From Felis catus (lineage: Eukaryota), in NCBI RefSeq assembly GCF_018350175.1, contig NC_058369.1, positions 22,818,001 through 22,882,000 of the forward strand: 64,000 bases of DNA. The letters are read 5' to 3'. The notes beneath the pieces are model-generated. The model searched no databases. It saw nothing but the letters and a program-made list of their open reading frames with translations, and was not told the DNA's origin. Made by a program: the position numbers and the translations under genes. Below, one piece after another: positions 1 to 11,974 of the stretch (position 1 is the first letter of the stretch; every line of letters begins with the position of its first letter).

Positions 1-519
1 GTTTTCAACAGCAGGTAGGTGGTGCATGTCACTGACAACCTTGTGCATCACCTCTCAGTTTTGTCCGTTGTCTTTGTTTTTATAATTCACTTATAGCTTT
101 AAAAAATGTCATTAGGCCTGCCCTTGTGTTCATTATTCCACATGGCAGAGAAGATGTGCTTTTAATTTATTCTTTGCTTCTAATTGTAGTGTGTGCATGT
201 CAGGGTTCACTGGCTAGAGAGAGAATGAGCCCTGCTTTTGTCAAGCAGATAATTGAACCTGGTAACGATTACTGTCAGAAATCCCCTGGGGTTGCGTTCA
301 TCCCTGTCCATCGTCCCTCATGGTGGTTTCCAGCATCTCATGTGCTGGGACCCTGAGGACTTTCCCATGGGAAACAGCAAATCGGAGTCTGTGTGCTGCA
401 GACCCCGAGTGCACTAATGTCGGTACCTTTTTTTTCTGGGTTTGTACCGGGCTCTGGTGCTAGGGACTTCTGAAGACAACGTTTTTCAGTTTTGAAATGT
501 TTAAAGAAATGTTTGCAGT

Positions 520-1590
520 ACAGGCAACAAAGGACTAGTATCAAGGATAGAGACAGAGCTTCTCATACCGATAACAAAGATATAGTAAAAACTCTGTCAT
601 AATAAAAACTCCTTCATATCAATTCATTGTAAAGAAGGAGCAGAAAAATGGGCAAAAGACGTGAACAGTCAGTTGACAGGAGTGGAATCACATGGACCAA
701 GAAAAGGTGCTCAGTTTCACTGATAATCAAGCAAAAGTAAATTAAAGCAGTGAAATACCATTTTGACTGATCAGTTGGCAAAGTAATGGAGATGAGGATG
801 ATGATGATGGTGGTGGTGATGGTGATGATATCAGAGTGGGTAAGGCCGGGAACAGCGGGGCTGTGCTGGTACAGCCACCCAACAGGTCGGGTTTGCAGAA
901 GTTTATAAAACTGAAAACGCACAGACCCTATGAGCCATCGACCCCACATCTTGCGTCTGCTTATAGAAACACTGCCGTGTCTACTTGTGTGGGAAAGGCT
1001 GAGACAGTGGCATATCCGTGCAATGGGATTCTAGGGGGTAGCTAAAAGAAATCAAGCAGATATATACAGGTAATTGCAAGGACGATGTCCAGAACATAGG
1101 TTAACTTTAAAAATCAAAGGCAGGGGCGCCTGGGTGGCTCAGTCGGTTAAGCGGCCGACTTCGGCTCAGGTCATGATCTCGCGGCCCGTGAGTTCGAGCC
1201 CCACGTCAGGCTCTGTGCTGACCGCTCAGAGCCTGGAGCCTGTTTCGGATTCTGTGTCTCCCTCTCTCTCTGACCCTCCCCTGTTCATGCTCGCTCTCTC
1301 TCTGTCTCAAGAATAAATAAACGTTAAAAAAAATTTTAAAAAAATAAAAAATAAATAAATAAAAATCAAAGGCAGGGTTAAGAGCTATGTGTACAATATG
1401 ATATAATTTAGGTTAAAAAGAAAACGATCATACAGATAGTGAGTATTAATATATGTCTGTCATTATAGAGGAAAGGTCTGTTGGTAGCACCTGGGGAGGG
1501 GCCTGGTATTAGCACCGGAGTCAAAGGGGATGTGATTGTTATCTGGGATGCTTCTTATTTTATTACAAAAAAAAATTGGGATAATCAAAA
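520..1590 (+). mobile_element. Old LINE-1 (L1ME/L1MC-like) ORF2 3' end and 3' UTR relic, interrupted by a SINE
   Basis: caaaggactagtatcaagg, aaaatgggcaaaagacgtgaacag and gaaataccatttt match degenerate L1 ORF2 C-terminal sequence. Confidence 0.7.
1123..1360 (+). mobile_element. CAN-SINE (SINEC_Fc-type), full length, young
   Basis: ggggcgcctgggtggctcagtcggttaag head, (CT)n tract and A-rich tail. Perfect target-site duplication (TSD) aaaaatcaaaggca at 1109-1122 and 1361-1374. Confidence 0.97.
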
Positions 1591-2115
1591 TTGAATTGTA
1601 AAGTTTTCTTTCAAGAGAGAAAGAAGAGATGGGTTGGTGGGCAAAGACCCATTAGTTGTGCTGCGTGCCTTGCAGTAGCTCCCATTGAAACCACTCCTTT
1701 TCATTCTCTTTATAAGGCCTCAGGATCCCACCGCCCTGGAGGGTTCTGGCAAAGATCAAACGGGATCTGTGTGCATCTTGCCCTCCCCTGCATCCTGGGC
1801 CCTGAGCATGGTGCCTGGCACAAGGCTGGCCCTGAATCATTATGTATCGGGTTGGCAGCGAATGTGGAGATCTGCTGTGGAGGGCTTTGTTGACCACGGC
1901 TGCAGGCATGTAACCGGTGATAGATTATTGTCATCTGCCTTGCTGTCAGAGGTGTCCTGGCTTTTGATTCTGGAGAGCCCACTCTGTATGTAGGTCTGGG
2001 TTTACCTAAGCCTCCATTCGCTTCCTGAGCAGGGTGTCTCTTAGTCTGTGTAATAGAGGGGCCTCCTGTCCCTTTGTTTGAGGCCTCTCTGTGACCTGCC
2101 GGGGAGTGTTAGAGC

Positions 2116-2270
2116 CAGAGCTGAATTCTTGGGCACATAGGGCCCCAAGCTTGGTTTAATGCTCTGCTGTTGCCATATTGCAATTATTTTTTAGAATTAA
2201 TTTGTTTATTTGTTTTTGAGCCCACAGCACATTCTTTCTGTTAACTGTACATTTGGGCCTGACTTACTGT
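2116..2270 (+). mobile_element. MER91A-like hAT-Tip100 MITE relic
   Basis: cttggtttaatgctctgctgttgccat matches the recalled MER91A core. Confidence 0.6.
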
Positions 2271-2397
2271 GTATAAATTATACATCAACCTACATAAAAG
2301 ACAAAAGGAAATAGGATATGGTGACTTAAATAGAAATATACTGAAAATATTAAATTATGTACTTTGGCAAAATGTTACAATTTTCATTCTTCTTCCA

Positions 2398-2515
2398 TTT
2401 CATTGAGAAATAATTTACATACTTGACTGTATAAGTTTGAGGCGTATAGCATGATGGTTTGACCTACGTGTATTGTAAAATGGTTAGCACAATAGGTTCA
2501 GCTAACATCCATCTG
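2398..2515 (-). mobile_element. Short L1 3' terminal fragment (L1MA9/L1_Carn-like)
   Basis: ctgtataagtttgaggcgtatagcatgatggtttgac...aataggttcagctaacatccatc is the reverse complement of an L1 3' end. Confidence 0.7.
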
Positions 2516-4884
2516 ATTTTTTGTCATCCTTGCATCCTTACACTGGTATCTGCAATCTGCTTGTTTGAGTAATGGGCCTCCTCTTCCAGGTTTGCCTTGG
2601 CAGACTCAGTTCTTCAGCAGTCAGCCCAATGGGGGTTTCTGGGTGTGACTGCTGGGAACGTGTTTGGGCAGGTGGGACCTGCTATTATGGTCTCTTTTCA
2701 GGAAAGGCAACTGCGAGAGCCCTGAGGACAGGGGTGGGGGTGTGCCTGGGTGGCATTGTTGGCCCGGTCCCCCACCCGAGTGACTCTGTAGGAAGGGCGC
2801 TGTGCCGGCCTGGATTCTCTGGTCAGGCTTCCGAGACGGGTGGGCCTGGGCGCTATGTTCAATGTTAGGTGGGGCTATGAATTAGCTTCCCTGCCCTGGC
2901 AGGGTCTCAGGCCACGGCCCAGGGTTTGGACAGCTCATTGTTTGGGGGCCCGAGTCAGGCCCGAGTGTGCACCGATTTCCCTGGTCAGGGGAGGCCACCG
3001 GTTTTGCTCTGCAGACGGGGGAAGCCGTGGCCTATGCTCTGTGTTCAGAGTGCCACTGTCTGTAGGGCCGCTGAATGGGCTCTGCAGCAACCCCTGTGCT
3101 CTGTTAGGTTCCCGGGTCAGACAGGCTGAAGGCTCATTTCAGGGAAGGTCACGGCCACAGAGTAGACTCCCTGCCTGCCAGAGGCCGGGGGAGGAGCAGC
3201 TCTTAACCCAGCAAAGGGCTTGTTGTCCTAGCTCGGGTCAGCTCGCAGCCCAGTTCCCTGGCTGAACGGGGCCACGGGCCTTGCTCCGTCTGCTCTTCCC
3301 TCAGCCTGAGTGCCCCTGGGCCACACAGCTTCCAGGCGTGGTGCCAGCCCTCTAGTCAGGAGGGGCCTCCACGGTGGGCGCGGCTATGTCTCAGCCCCCT
3401 TGCCTGGGTGGGAGGTGGGGCACAATCCAGCCTCCTCTCAACTTCCCAACAGGCTCTCAAGATAGGAGGGGCCAGGAGCTCAACCTCAGCCTTGGCTATG
3501 CATCAGCCTTCTTGCCTGTGCACAGCACGGAAGCCCGCATGCCCAGTGCTGGCTGTGCCCTGGGGGCGAGGGGGGTCAGCTCTGCCATCCTGCCTCTTGC
3601 ACACGGCTGCCAGGAGTTGTGGCCAGCCCTTCTGGTCACATGGGACCGCAGCAGCTGGGGCTGTGACTCAGCACCTTGCACGAGTGGGAGCAAACTGGTC
3701 TCTGGACCACCCCAGAGCCCACCCCACCAAGATCTCTGGTCAGAGTCCGCCCCTGACTTGATTGTGCAGAGGAGGAGAGCCGCCGGCTGGGGTCACCGCT
3801 TGGGCACTGCGGGCGGGAACTGGGTCCACCGAGACCCGCGTGCTGGTTGTTGCCAGCCCCTCCCCCTTCTTCATCACAGTCTGATCCCCAGCGTCTGGGC
3901 CCCGAAGATTCCCCTGCAGTCCCCGTAGTGTGAGATCAGGGTAGGGGCTCCCCCAAAGTGACCCACGATGCTGGGGAAGGTTGGTTGTCACCCCTGGGCT
4001 TTCCTTTCCAACCGGTAGGAACGGAGGCTCTGGGGGATCTTCCTTGGGGTGGTCCTGCACTGGCCCGGGGGAGGGGAACGGGGTGCACGTGGAACTGCTC
4101 CTCTTACCCCCTAACGCTGTCTGTCTTGGTCTCTGTGGTGCGGGGGTGCTTCCGCTTCACCCCCGCGTTCTGGGTTTCTCTCAGTGGTGTCTTGTTGGTG
4201 AGTAGATGTTGGCCGTTCTCACGAGGGGAGCAAAGTCAGGAACAAGCCATGTCACCATCTTAGTGATGTCACTACCCTTGAAAGTCTTAATAAATTTTGA
4301 ATGAGAGGCCTGTGTTTTCCTTTTGCATTGTGCCCTCCCGATGATGTAGCCAGTTGTGGTTAGAGCTACTTCTGGTGCCTGCCCCTGGCCAGGCAGGGAG
4401 TACACCTGATGAGAACCCTGGACCCTGGTTGGAAGAGAAGCTTTTGGCTCATGGCCCCAGAAAAAGCAGACAGCTCTGATGTTGAAGCAACAAAAGGAGC
4501 TCTTTATGACAGCCCAGACTTTCATGTTTCTCAAAGGAGACCATGGAATCTGTTTGTGTTTTCACCCGGAGGGCAACAACCACTTTCTCCTTTTGTGCCT
4601 GAACGCATGTTAAATGAGGACAGTTCCTGATGGGCCTGCCCCTCTCTGAAGGCAGGCTCTACTCCATGGCTGATGACGATGATGAGGCTTTCATCCAGCC
4701 AGTGGAGGTCTCTGGTTTGCATTTCAGTCAGGTCCTGAGCTGCAGACGGAGCCAGGACCTCCGGCGGGCTCTGCACGCTGTGCGACGGGGCCAGCGGCCA
4801 GGAGGCAGCCTCTGCCGCATGCCCAGCAGCTTCTGGACTGCCATGGTCCACGCACTTGGATTTCTCCGCACGGCCACTGTTTAC

Positions 4885-5105
4885 CATTTCCATCATCTCC
4901 CCACATTCCTGCATCTCTACATCCCTGCGTCTCCCATATCTTTGCACCTCTGCATCCTGGCATCCCTGCCTCCCTCACATCCTTTGCATCCCTGGACCCC
5001 CACCCCACATCTCTGCATCTCCATACTTCTGTGTGTCTCCATCCCCTCATCCCTGCATCTCTGCACCCCACACCCCTGCATTTCCTGCATCTCTGTATCC
5101 CACCT
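4885..5105. repeat. Degenerate ~8-bp minisatellite, (CTGCATCY)n
   Basis: Recurrent ctgcatct, ctgcatcc and ctacatcc units. Confidence 0.8.
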
Positions 5106-7027
5106 ATCTTATTCATGCAGCTGGACAAGGGGACGCAGGAGGAGGAGATGGGACGTACCCATGGTTGTTCCTCCTGCTTGAGGAGGCAAGCCCCAGTGTT
5201 CTGTAGTTTTAGTGAACAAATCCCGAGCTGCAAGCGACACTGAGATCCCAAGCCCCAGGTCATCCCATAGCTCTGCTTTGTTACCCAGCATAGAGTCCAG
5301 CCTTTGGGAGATGTGATTCATTGAGTGATCCTCACTGCTCTTCCATGGACCTAGATTGGAGATGGACACATGGTCTCTTTGGGAACCCAGGTTTCAATGG
5401 AGAAGTTAAAATCAGCATATTCTTAACCTTGGAGACATTAGCCACCCCAGGGCACATTGGAGGTTGGTTGGTTGAAGTGAGAGTTAAGTTGGTCCTCTTG
5501 GTCAGACAGTTGAATTTAGTAACTATAACCCGAGTATATATATCCTGGACGACTCTCCAGGCACATGTTGATCTCTGGCGTATAGTGGGCAAGAGGTATG
5601 TCTCTGTCATCGATTTGCTAGTTGGAGAGAGCTGGTAGACACATTTTTATTTGTATTCTAAAGATGGAGGATGTTTGCAAACTTTACTTCAGACACCAAA
5701 GTCTCATTTAAAATACACTTATTTTTCAAGAATGCCATAAAATAGCAATAATTTTATAGCTCCAAATTATTTTGATCTTTTTCAGCCTTCCGTCTTTGTT
5801 ATAAACTGTACTTTACGTGTCTGTCATAATGTTTGCCTTTCCATTCCTTTTAACGGGTTGCGGTATTTTGGAATCAATTATGCAATGCTTTTGTTTCTCA
5901 CATTAAATAACCACCAATTCTTTCCTTAAATATTTTGAATATTGAAAATAATTTCTTAGGTGACATTAATTATGATGCACATCCCTGCTGAGTTATTCTT
6001 CCCTGGTGATATTAACGATAGTGTTTTGGCATTCCTGACTGGCTCTGTCATTAACCCATCATAAATACCAGCCCCAATTAATGTGCAGAAGTGAAATCAG
6101 TTGAGGAGTGAAATGTATGTGCAGCAAATAGAGAGTAGATGGTGTGTCTTTCCCTGGGGAACAACTGAATTTGTCAAGTGTCACATCTGAATTCTTAATG
6201 GTTTTTATTGTGAAAAAATGCATTCTTTGATTTTTTTTTTCATTTTACAAAATAATCTGTAACCACAGTTGGCAGTGATGTCTGTTTGCAAAATCTTACC
6301 CTTTGATTTCTTTCCATTCCGTTAAGTCAGAAAATCCTTTTTTGATTCAAAGATATGCCGTGTAGCTCCTTATTTATGTGTCTGCTCGTATTCTCTCTAC
6401 CTCTGTGTCTTCTTTTTACTCTTGATTTTTTTTTTTTGCCTTTTCTGTCCTCTCTCTCATCCCTCCTCAATCTTTATCATTCACTCCCTCTTTTCCCTCC
6501 ATCCTTCTTCCCTCCCTTTCTCCCTCCCTCCCTCCTCCCTATCTCTCCTCTTGTTCTCTTACCCTCTTTATTTGTTTCAGAGCGTTGTCAGTCCCCAAAT
6601 AGTTGGGGACTCTTTGTTTATTTGTATACTGTACTCAGCTCAGGATGAACTTGAGATGTTTACTGCCTTGTCACTTGGCATTGTAGAATGTCCCCAAGTC
6701 CTGTGCTTGTGGGTCATCAGTACATATCTGTTGATGAGTAAAATTTCTTGTAAAACAGATGTTCCAAAGTGTATAACAGAGGGCGGTTTTTAAATTAGCA
6801 ACCATCTCAGACACGTGTGCTTCCCTTGGGTCTCACATCCAACAATCAGCCGTTCGTTTGGTTGTGTAAGATGCACAGTGGAGGGCCTCTTCCATTATTG
6901 CCATGTGCTTGTGTGGGCTTGGATTTCGGGATCCAAAAGTAGTTACTATATCTCCAAGTCAAGATACTTTTGAAAGTGAAAGAGGAGCTTTTGATAATTA
7001 CTGTTGGACTACCCTGGGCAAAAATGG

Positions 7028-7123
7028 TAGGATTGCCAGGTAAAATATAGGGCACCTGGTCAAATTTGAAATTTAAATTCAACTGGGCATGCTTTGTTTT
7101 TATTTGTTCTCCTGGCAGCCCTA
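7028..7123. mobile_element. MER53-like hAT-Blackjack MITE with internal deletion
   Basis: Terminal inverted repeats (TIRs) taggattgccag and ctggcagcccta; arms gtaaaatatagggcacctggtcaaatttgaa and aaattcaactgggcatgc. Confidence 0.75.
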
Positions 7124-10100
7124 TTTGTACTCATAAATACATGAGACATGCTCCCTGCCAGCACAGAGTTTACAGTCTAGTGATCCTAACTCCAGACTTG
7201 ACCTTGGGCACTGTACTGATGACTCCACCTGTCAGGACAATGCTGGTAGGTCGACGGTGCTTTCCAAATTAGCAGTGGGGATTTGGTAGGTTAATACCAC
7301 CCCCCCCCCCAAGGTCAGACATTAGGACCTGGGCAGGCAAGGTGGGAATTGGGGACCAGGACATCAGATCCAGCTACCTGCCAAGGCTTTGTCCTTCCCC
7401 CACCACACCCTCCTGCCTTCTGACCAGCATGTGACAGCAGTGAGCTCCTTTTGCAGGGTTTTAAGAGGTCTTGCAGAGAAGTGAAGAGCCTTCAACATTA
7501 CTTCCCCACTGTTGGATTTTTTAGGCAGCAGGAGGCAACCAGCTGTTTTCACTGTATCAAACCCAAAACATGTCACACAGAAAAAATGTCAAGTCATTTT
7601 GAAAAATGTCTGAAGCATAATATGCTTGACAGGGGTGAAATAGCATTGGCCATAGTCACGTAATTACTACCTCAGTGTTTGTTTATGGTGCAGTCCTTTC
7701 TTCTTCCACTTGAATTATTTAAATCAATCTGAGCAACAGTACAGCTTTCTAAAACCCAGGTCTCGGCATGAACATCAGTTAGATAGTCTCAGGTTCTTCC
7801 CACCCTTGTTCCTTGCCAGGTTGACTAAGCAACTTAACAGTTTATTCCGTGTTCATATCTTCAGACTAAATCCAGACAGACTTATTGAATTAAAGTAAAT
7901 CAAGGTCACCTATTTTTTTCTTTTTTTTCTTTTCTTCCTGCAAACAGAAAATGTTAAGATAGGGTGAGGCACTCTGGTCCAAGATCTGATTTGAATTGAA
8001 GTTGCAGGAGACACCATAACATTACGATCCACTAGATGTCGCTGCTGACTCACACCAGCGCCCCTGCAAGCCCATTTATGGATGTTTTAAAAAGTCCTTA
8101 AAACTGGCAAGCCAGAGTTAAAAATTTGGAATTTCCAAGTATTTCTTTTCTTTCTTTCTTTCTTTTTTACCTTTGACTTTTTAATATCTTCTTTGTGTTC
8201 ATCCAAATGAGCTGCCTTTCTCTTTTCAGTGATCTCTACCTTTCTAAATTTAGCAAAAAGCAAGTTGAGGAGGATAAGAAAGGCTGTCTTATTGAAACCA
8301 TCTTACTGTTTGTGTATGTTGTTTTCCAGGATTTTGTGAAGCTCTTCAGTTTGGTTAGTGTGTATTCACTTAATGTATGTAGTTAATGCAGATTTCTTAA
8401 ATCCAGTGAAGGTGATTTTCCTTTCATGGATCTTTGCTTGATTTACTTTGAGAAAGGAAAAATATGTCTTTGCCATTGGGCAAATGCCCCTGATAACAGG
8501 TCAAATACCTCTTGCAGTCCAGAGAGGCTGAATCTTTGGTCAGCCATTCTGGCTTGAAGACTCAGGATGGAGGGGTGCATGCTCCCGGAGGAAGACGAGA
8601 TGATTGGCCATAGGGGTTATGAAGCCAGTCCCTCTAGTACACAGAGCAAGTTCTAGACTGTGCAACAACAACAAAAACAGAAAGACTAGCAGATGCTATA
8701 GATTTCCACTCCTAATGAATGACATTTTTCCCCCAGAGCATGGCTAATATGGAATGGAATCCTCAGATTTAAAAAAGGAATGTTGAAAGTGAGTAAGGTT
8801 AGCTTTAATCAACCAAAAAAAAAAAAAATCATAAAACTAATTTTCGGAAAAGCTGGAGACCCATGGAAAGTTCTTTTGTAACTATTATAATGACAAGCAG
8901 TTTTTTCCTTTTTATTCTTTTTGTTGTTAAAGAGTAGTCTCCTCTCTTTTAAATAGCAAACCGCCTGCTTGGAGGGGGATGTTAGAACCCTATATTCGAC
9001 TGGGAATTTGGTCTAGATCCTGTCTTTACGGGAGAGCCCTGTTATTGTAATACCTTCTATAAGAGAGTCTTATGCTTTTCAGCTGTTGCTGGGATTTAAT
9101 AAAGGGACTAGGAGATCTTCTGGGGATTATACCCGTGATGCTTCATGGACAACTGTGTAGTGAATGGTACTTTGCTAACCTCTACTGTCCATCTCCCCTG
9201 TCTACCTTGGTACTCAGCAATACAGAGTCCTCTAAAACGTGAAGTAGTTGTCTTTTTCCATGGAGGTTATTGGAATGGTGGAATGGAGTATTTGCTTGAG
9301 TTAATTTTTACATAGTCTTCTATGCATTTCATTATATTGCAGAAAATTTAACATCCATGAAATAAGAATAATGTAATCATAAGAGGGTTTGATCTCCCAG
9401 TCATTGGAAGAGAAAGGCCCATGTTCCCTGATTATAATCTGACATTCTGTTTAGAATTTCAGGGAACGAATGCCCTATAAATGTCTACTTTACTGTGGAT
9501 GGAGATTGGGGAAAAAGAAGCCGCAATGCAGTATCAAAACACAAAATACTTCCTGAGTTTCCCCACAGTATGAATTAATCATATTTAATACTAATTATGT
9601 CCTTGCTACACAACAACTTCCTGTGTAAATTGTGGGAAAATGTGAAAACATTTCCAAGCCCCAAGCAAGTTTTAAAATGAGCTTGTACATGTGAATTTGT
9701 TCTTTGCTACATGTCCCTTTCGCTACAAATTGTTCTCTGCAGAATTACCAAGATGCGGTGTCGCTATTTTTCACTTTCAGAAAAATGACTGATATTTTCC
9801 CTCCCCTTCAATCAAAGTGCTAAAAGTAGTGGGGTTGGGTCAATAATACAGCTTTGATCGAGTTGTTGGGCTCACTTAGAATTATTTGTGCATATATTAC
9901 AAAGATCCCTAGTGAATCGTTTGACTTTTGTAATTTATAACTCTTTGTCCCCAGAGGCAACATTTGGAATTTAAACTACCAAGTAACCATTTTTTATGTC
10001 TTTGATTAAAGCTCCTCTTCCTATTCAACATACTCGGAAGTTGACCTAGTCCTAAATATGGTTTGGTTTCTTGATGGGTCTTAGGTATTCTGGGTCCCTC

Positions 10101-10494
10101 AGATGTTTGCAAGGTCCATGCTGCAGGAAGTTCCCAAACCAGCCTGACCCTTGGGTGTGTTCCAGATCTGTGATAACCTTGGTAAGACCAGCACTTTCAA
10201 ACTAGAGTGAATACCTTAAATCTACGAAGACTCGGTCAATGGAGGATTTCTCTACACTTTTTGAGTGTAGAGAAATTTGTTTGAGAACTCATTCTTTCAT
10301 ACAATAATATATATTTATTATATACATATGTATAAATGCAGATGCATTTCTGTCGCAAAGTAAATTCTAGAATACCGTGTCATTGTGTAAAATATTATAA
10401 ATTAAATTTATGTCCTTGAAATAAACCTAACCTTGTAGCTTTATCAAAATATGTGCTTATAAAATGGATTGATAAATTTGGTTGTTCAAACCTC

Positions 10495-10795
10495 ATGTCC
10501 ATCCATAAGGGACTCAGATAAATTACAGCCATAAAAAGTATGATGAAGGCCAGTGTTTATTAATGTGGAAAGTTGGCCATGCACATTCTCGGGCAAAACA
10601 AAATGAAATAGAAAGTGCAATGCCTTGTGCTTTTATAGTCCCGTTTTTGTAAATGTGTGTATTTATTGATGCATGTGTAAAAATCTCTATATACCACTAG
10701 ACTAGTAGAAATACACCTATTTAAATATTTTTAATTCTCTTGTGCCTTCTAATTTTTCAGATGAAATTATATTCTATTGTCAGAAAATAAATAAG
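10495..10795 (+). mobile_element. Old L1 (L1ME-like) 3' UTR relic
   Basis: cagccataaaaagtatga...atgtggaaag...tcccgtttttgtaaa, ending in aaataaataaggaaaa. Confidence 0.5.
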
Positions 10796-11679
10796 GAAAA
10801 ACTCTATAGGGGATAAACGAAGGTCGTATTTATTTTAGATCTTTCAGTTCACTGGGTGTTTTCAGTTGCCGATATCAAAACATAACTAGAGCAGAAAATG
10901 CAGATGCATTTCAGTAACAAAGTGAATTCTAGACTACGGTGTCATTCTCCAAGATATTGTAATTCATTTCAAAGAAGGAGGAACATGCTCTTTTCCTTAC
11001 TATCTGTGAGTTTTCCCCTGGAAACAAAAGCACTGAAATCGTTTTCCTGAAGTGTCCCGTGCCAGTAGACCCATTTCATGTGTTTCTTTCCATCCAGTCT
11101 TGGTTAGGATTCTGCTAAGGCTTTATCGAAACATTACACATTTATTAGGAATGTGAGGCTTTTGGCATACGGAATTCTGTTGCTGTTTATTACTTTTTTT
11201 TTTCCTAAATCACTTCAGGCATTAATTTTAAGAAAGCCTTCCTGGATTCAATTTATTTTAATTAAAATATAAAATGAGAAAGAAGTAAAGGTTGACACTT
11301 TGGGAGGTTCTCCTAACAGGCTGTCTGCATTGTATCTTCTGCGCTCCAATTACAAATGAAGAACCAAGGATTACTGGGTCTTGCTTGATGATGTAGCCTT
11401 TTGCTTGGGCTAAAATAATTAAGTGGAGGAATTCTTAAAAAAAAAAAACTCAAAAGGTTTTAATTAGGGTAGACTAACACATTCTAATCAGAGTATCGTG
11501 GAGCTGACATTTTGATTCAAAGCAAAAAAAATGCACACAAATCCACTTATGAAATGGATAATAAAATAACTCTGTGTTGAGCTTAATTTGGCATTGGGGG
11601 TTGGGGAAAGCAGGAAGGAATATAGATTAGTGGGCTAGTTATCAGGGTTGTAAGTAGCCAGGGATTCATGTACTTGTTC

Positions 11680-11820
11680 AATGTCTATCTCTCTTTCCAG
11701 TTACATAAGCTCTGTGAGAATGGAGACATTGTCTGTTATGTTCTCTGTTGTTGTAACTCCAGGAACTAGCCAGTGCCTGCAACTTAGAAGATGTTCAGTA
11801 AATAAATACTAGATGAACAT
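11680..11820 (+). mobile_element. L2 3' end
   Basis: taagctctgtgagaatggagac...cagtgcctg...ttcagtaaataaatactagatgaa. Confidence 0.7.
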
Positions 11821-11974
11821 ATTCTGGAAATGGCGAAGTTGTCCTCTTCAAGTATTTTTGCCAGGAGTTGATTTTCCTTTGATAAAATGTTCCTCAGCCT
11901 TTGACAAATTAAAATTTGAATTCTGCAGAGTAATCCCTCCTCCTTGAGAAATTTTAGAATGTTAATGACCCATC

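Noticed and set aside
1123..1200. tRNA-like A/B boxes, here and in the other SINE heads
   Set aside because: These are tRNA-derived CAN-SINE heads followed by a SINE body, tail and TSD, not tRNA genes.
2572..5369. Many overlapping ORFs of 100-184 aa
   Set aside because: No recognisable domain. They occur on both strands and are explained by high GC content and a low-complexity minisatellite.
8051..8070. Reverse CTCF-like gcaggggcgctg
   Set aside because: One G short of the core spacing and lacks the 5' CC.
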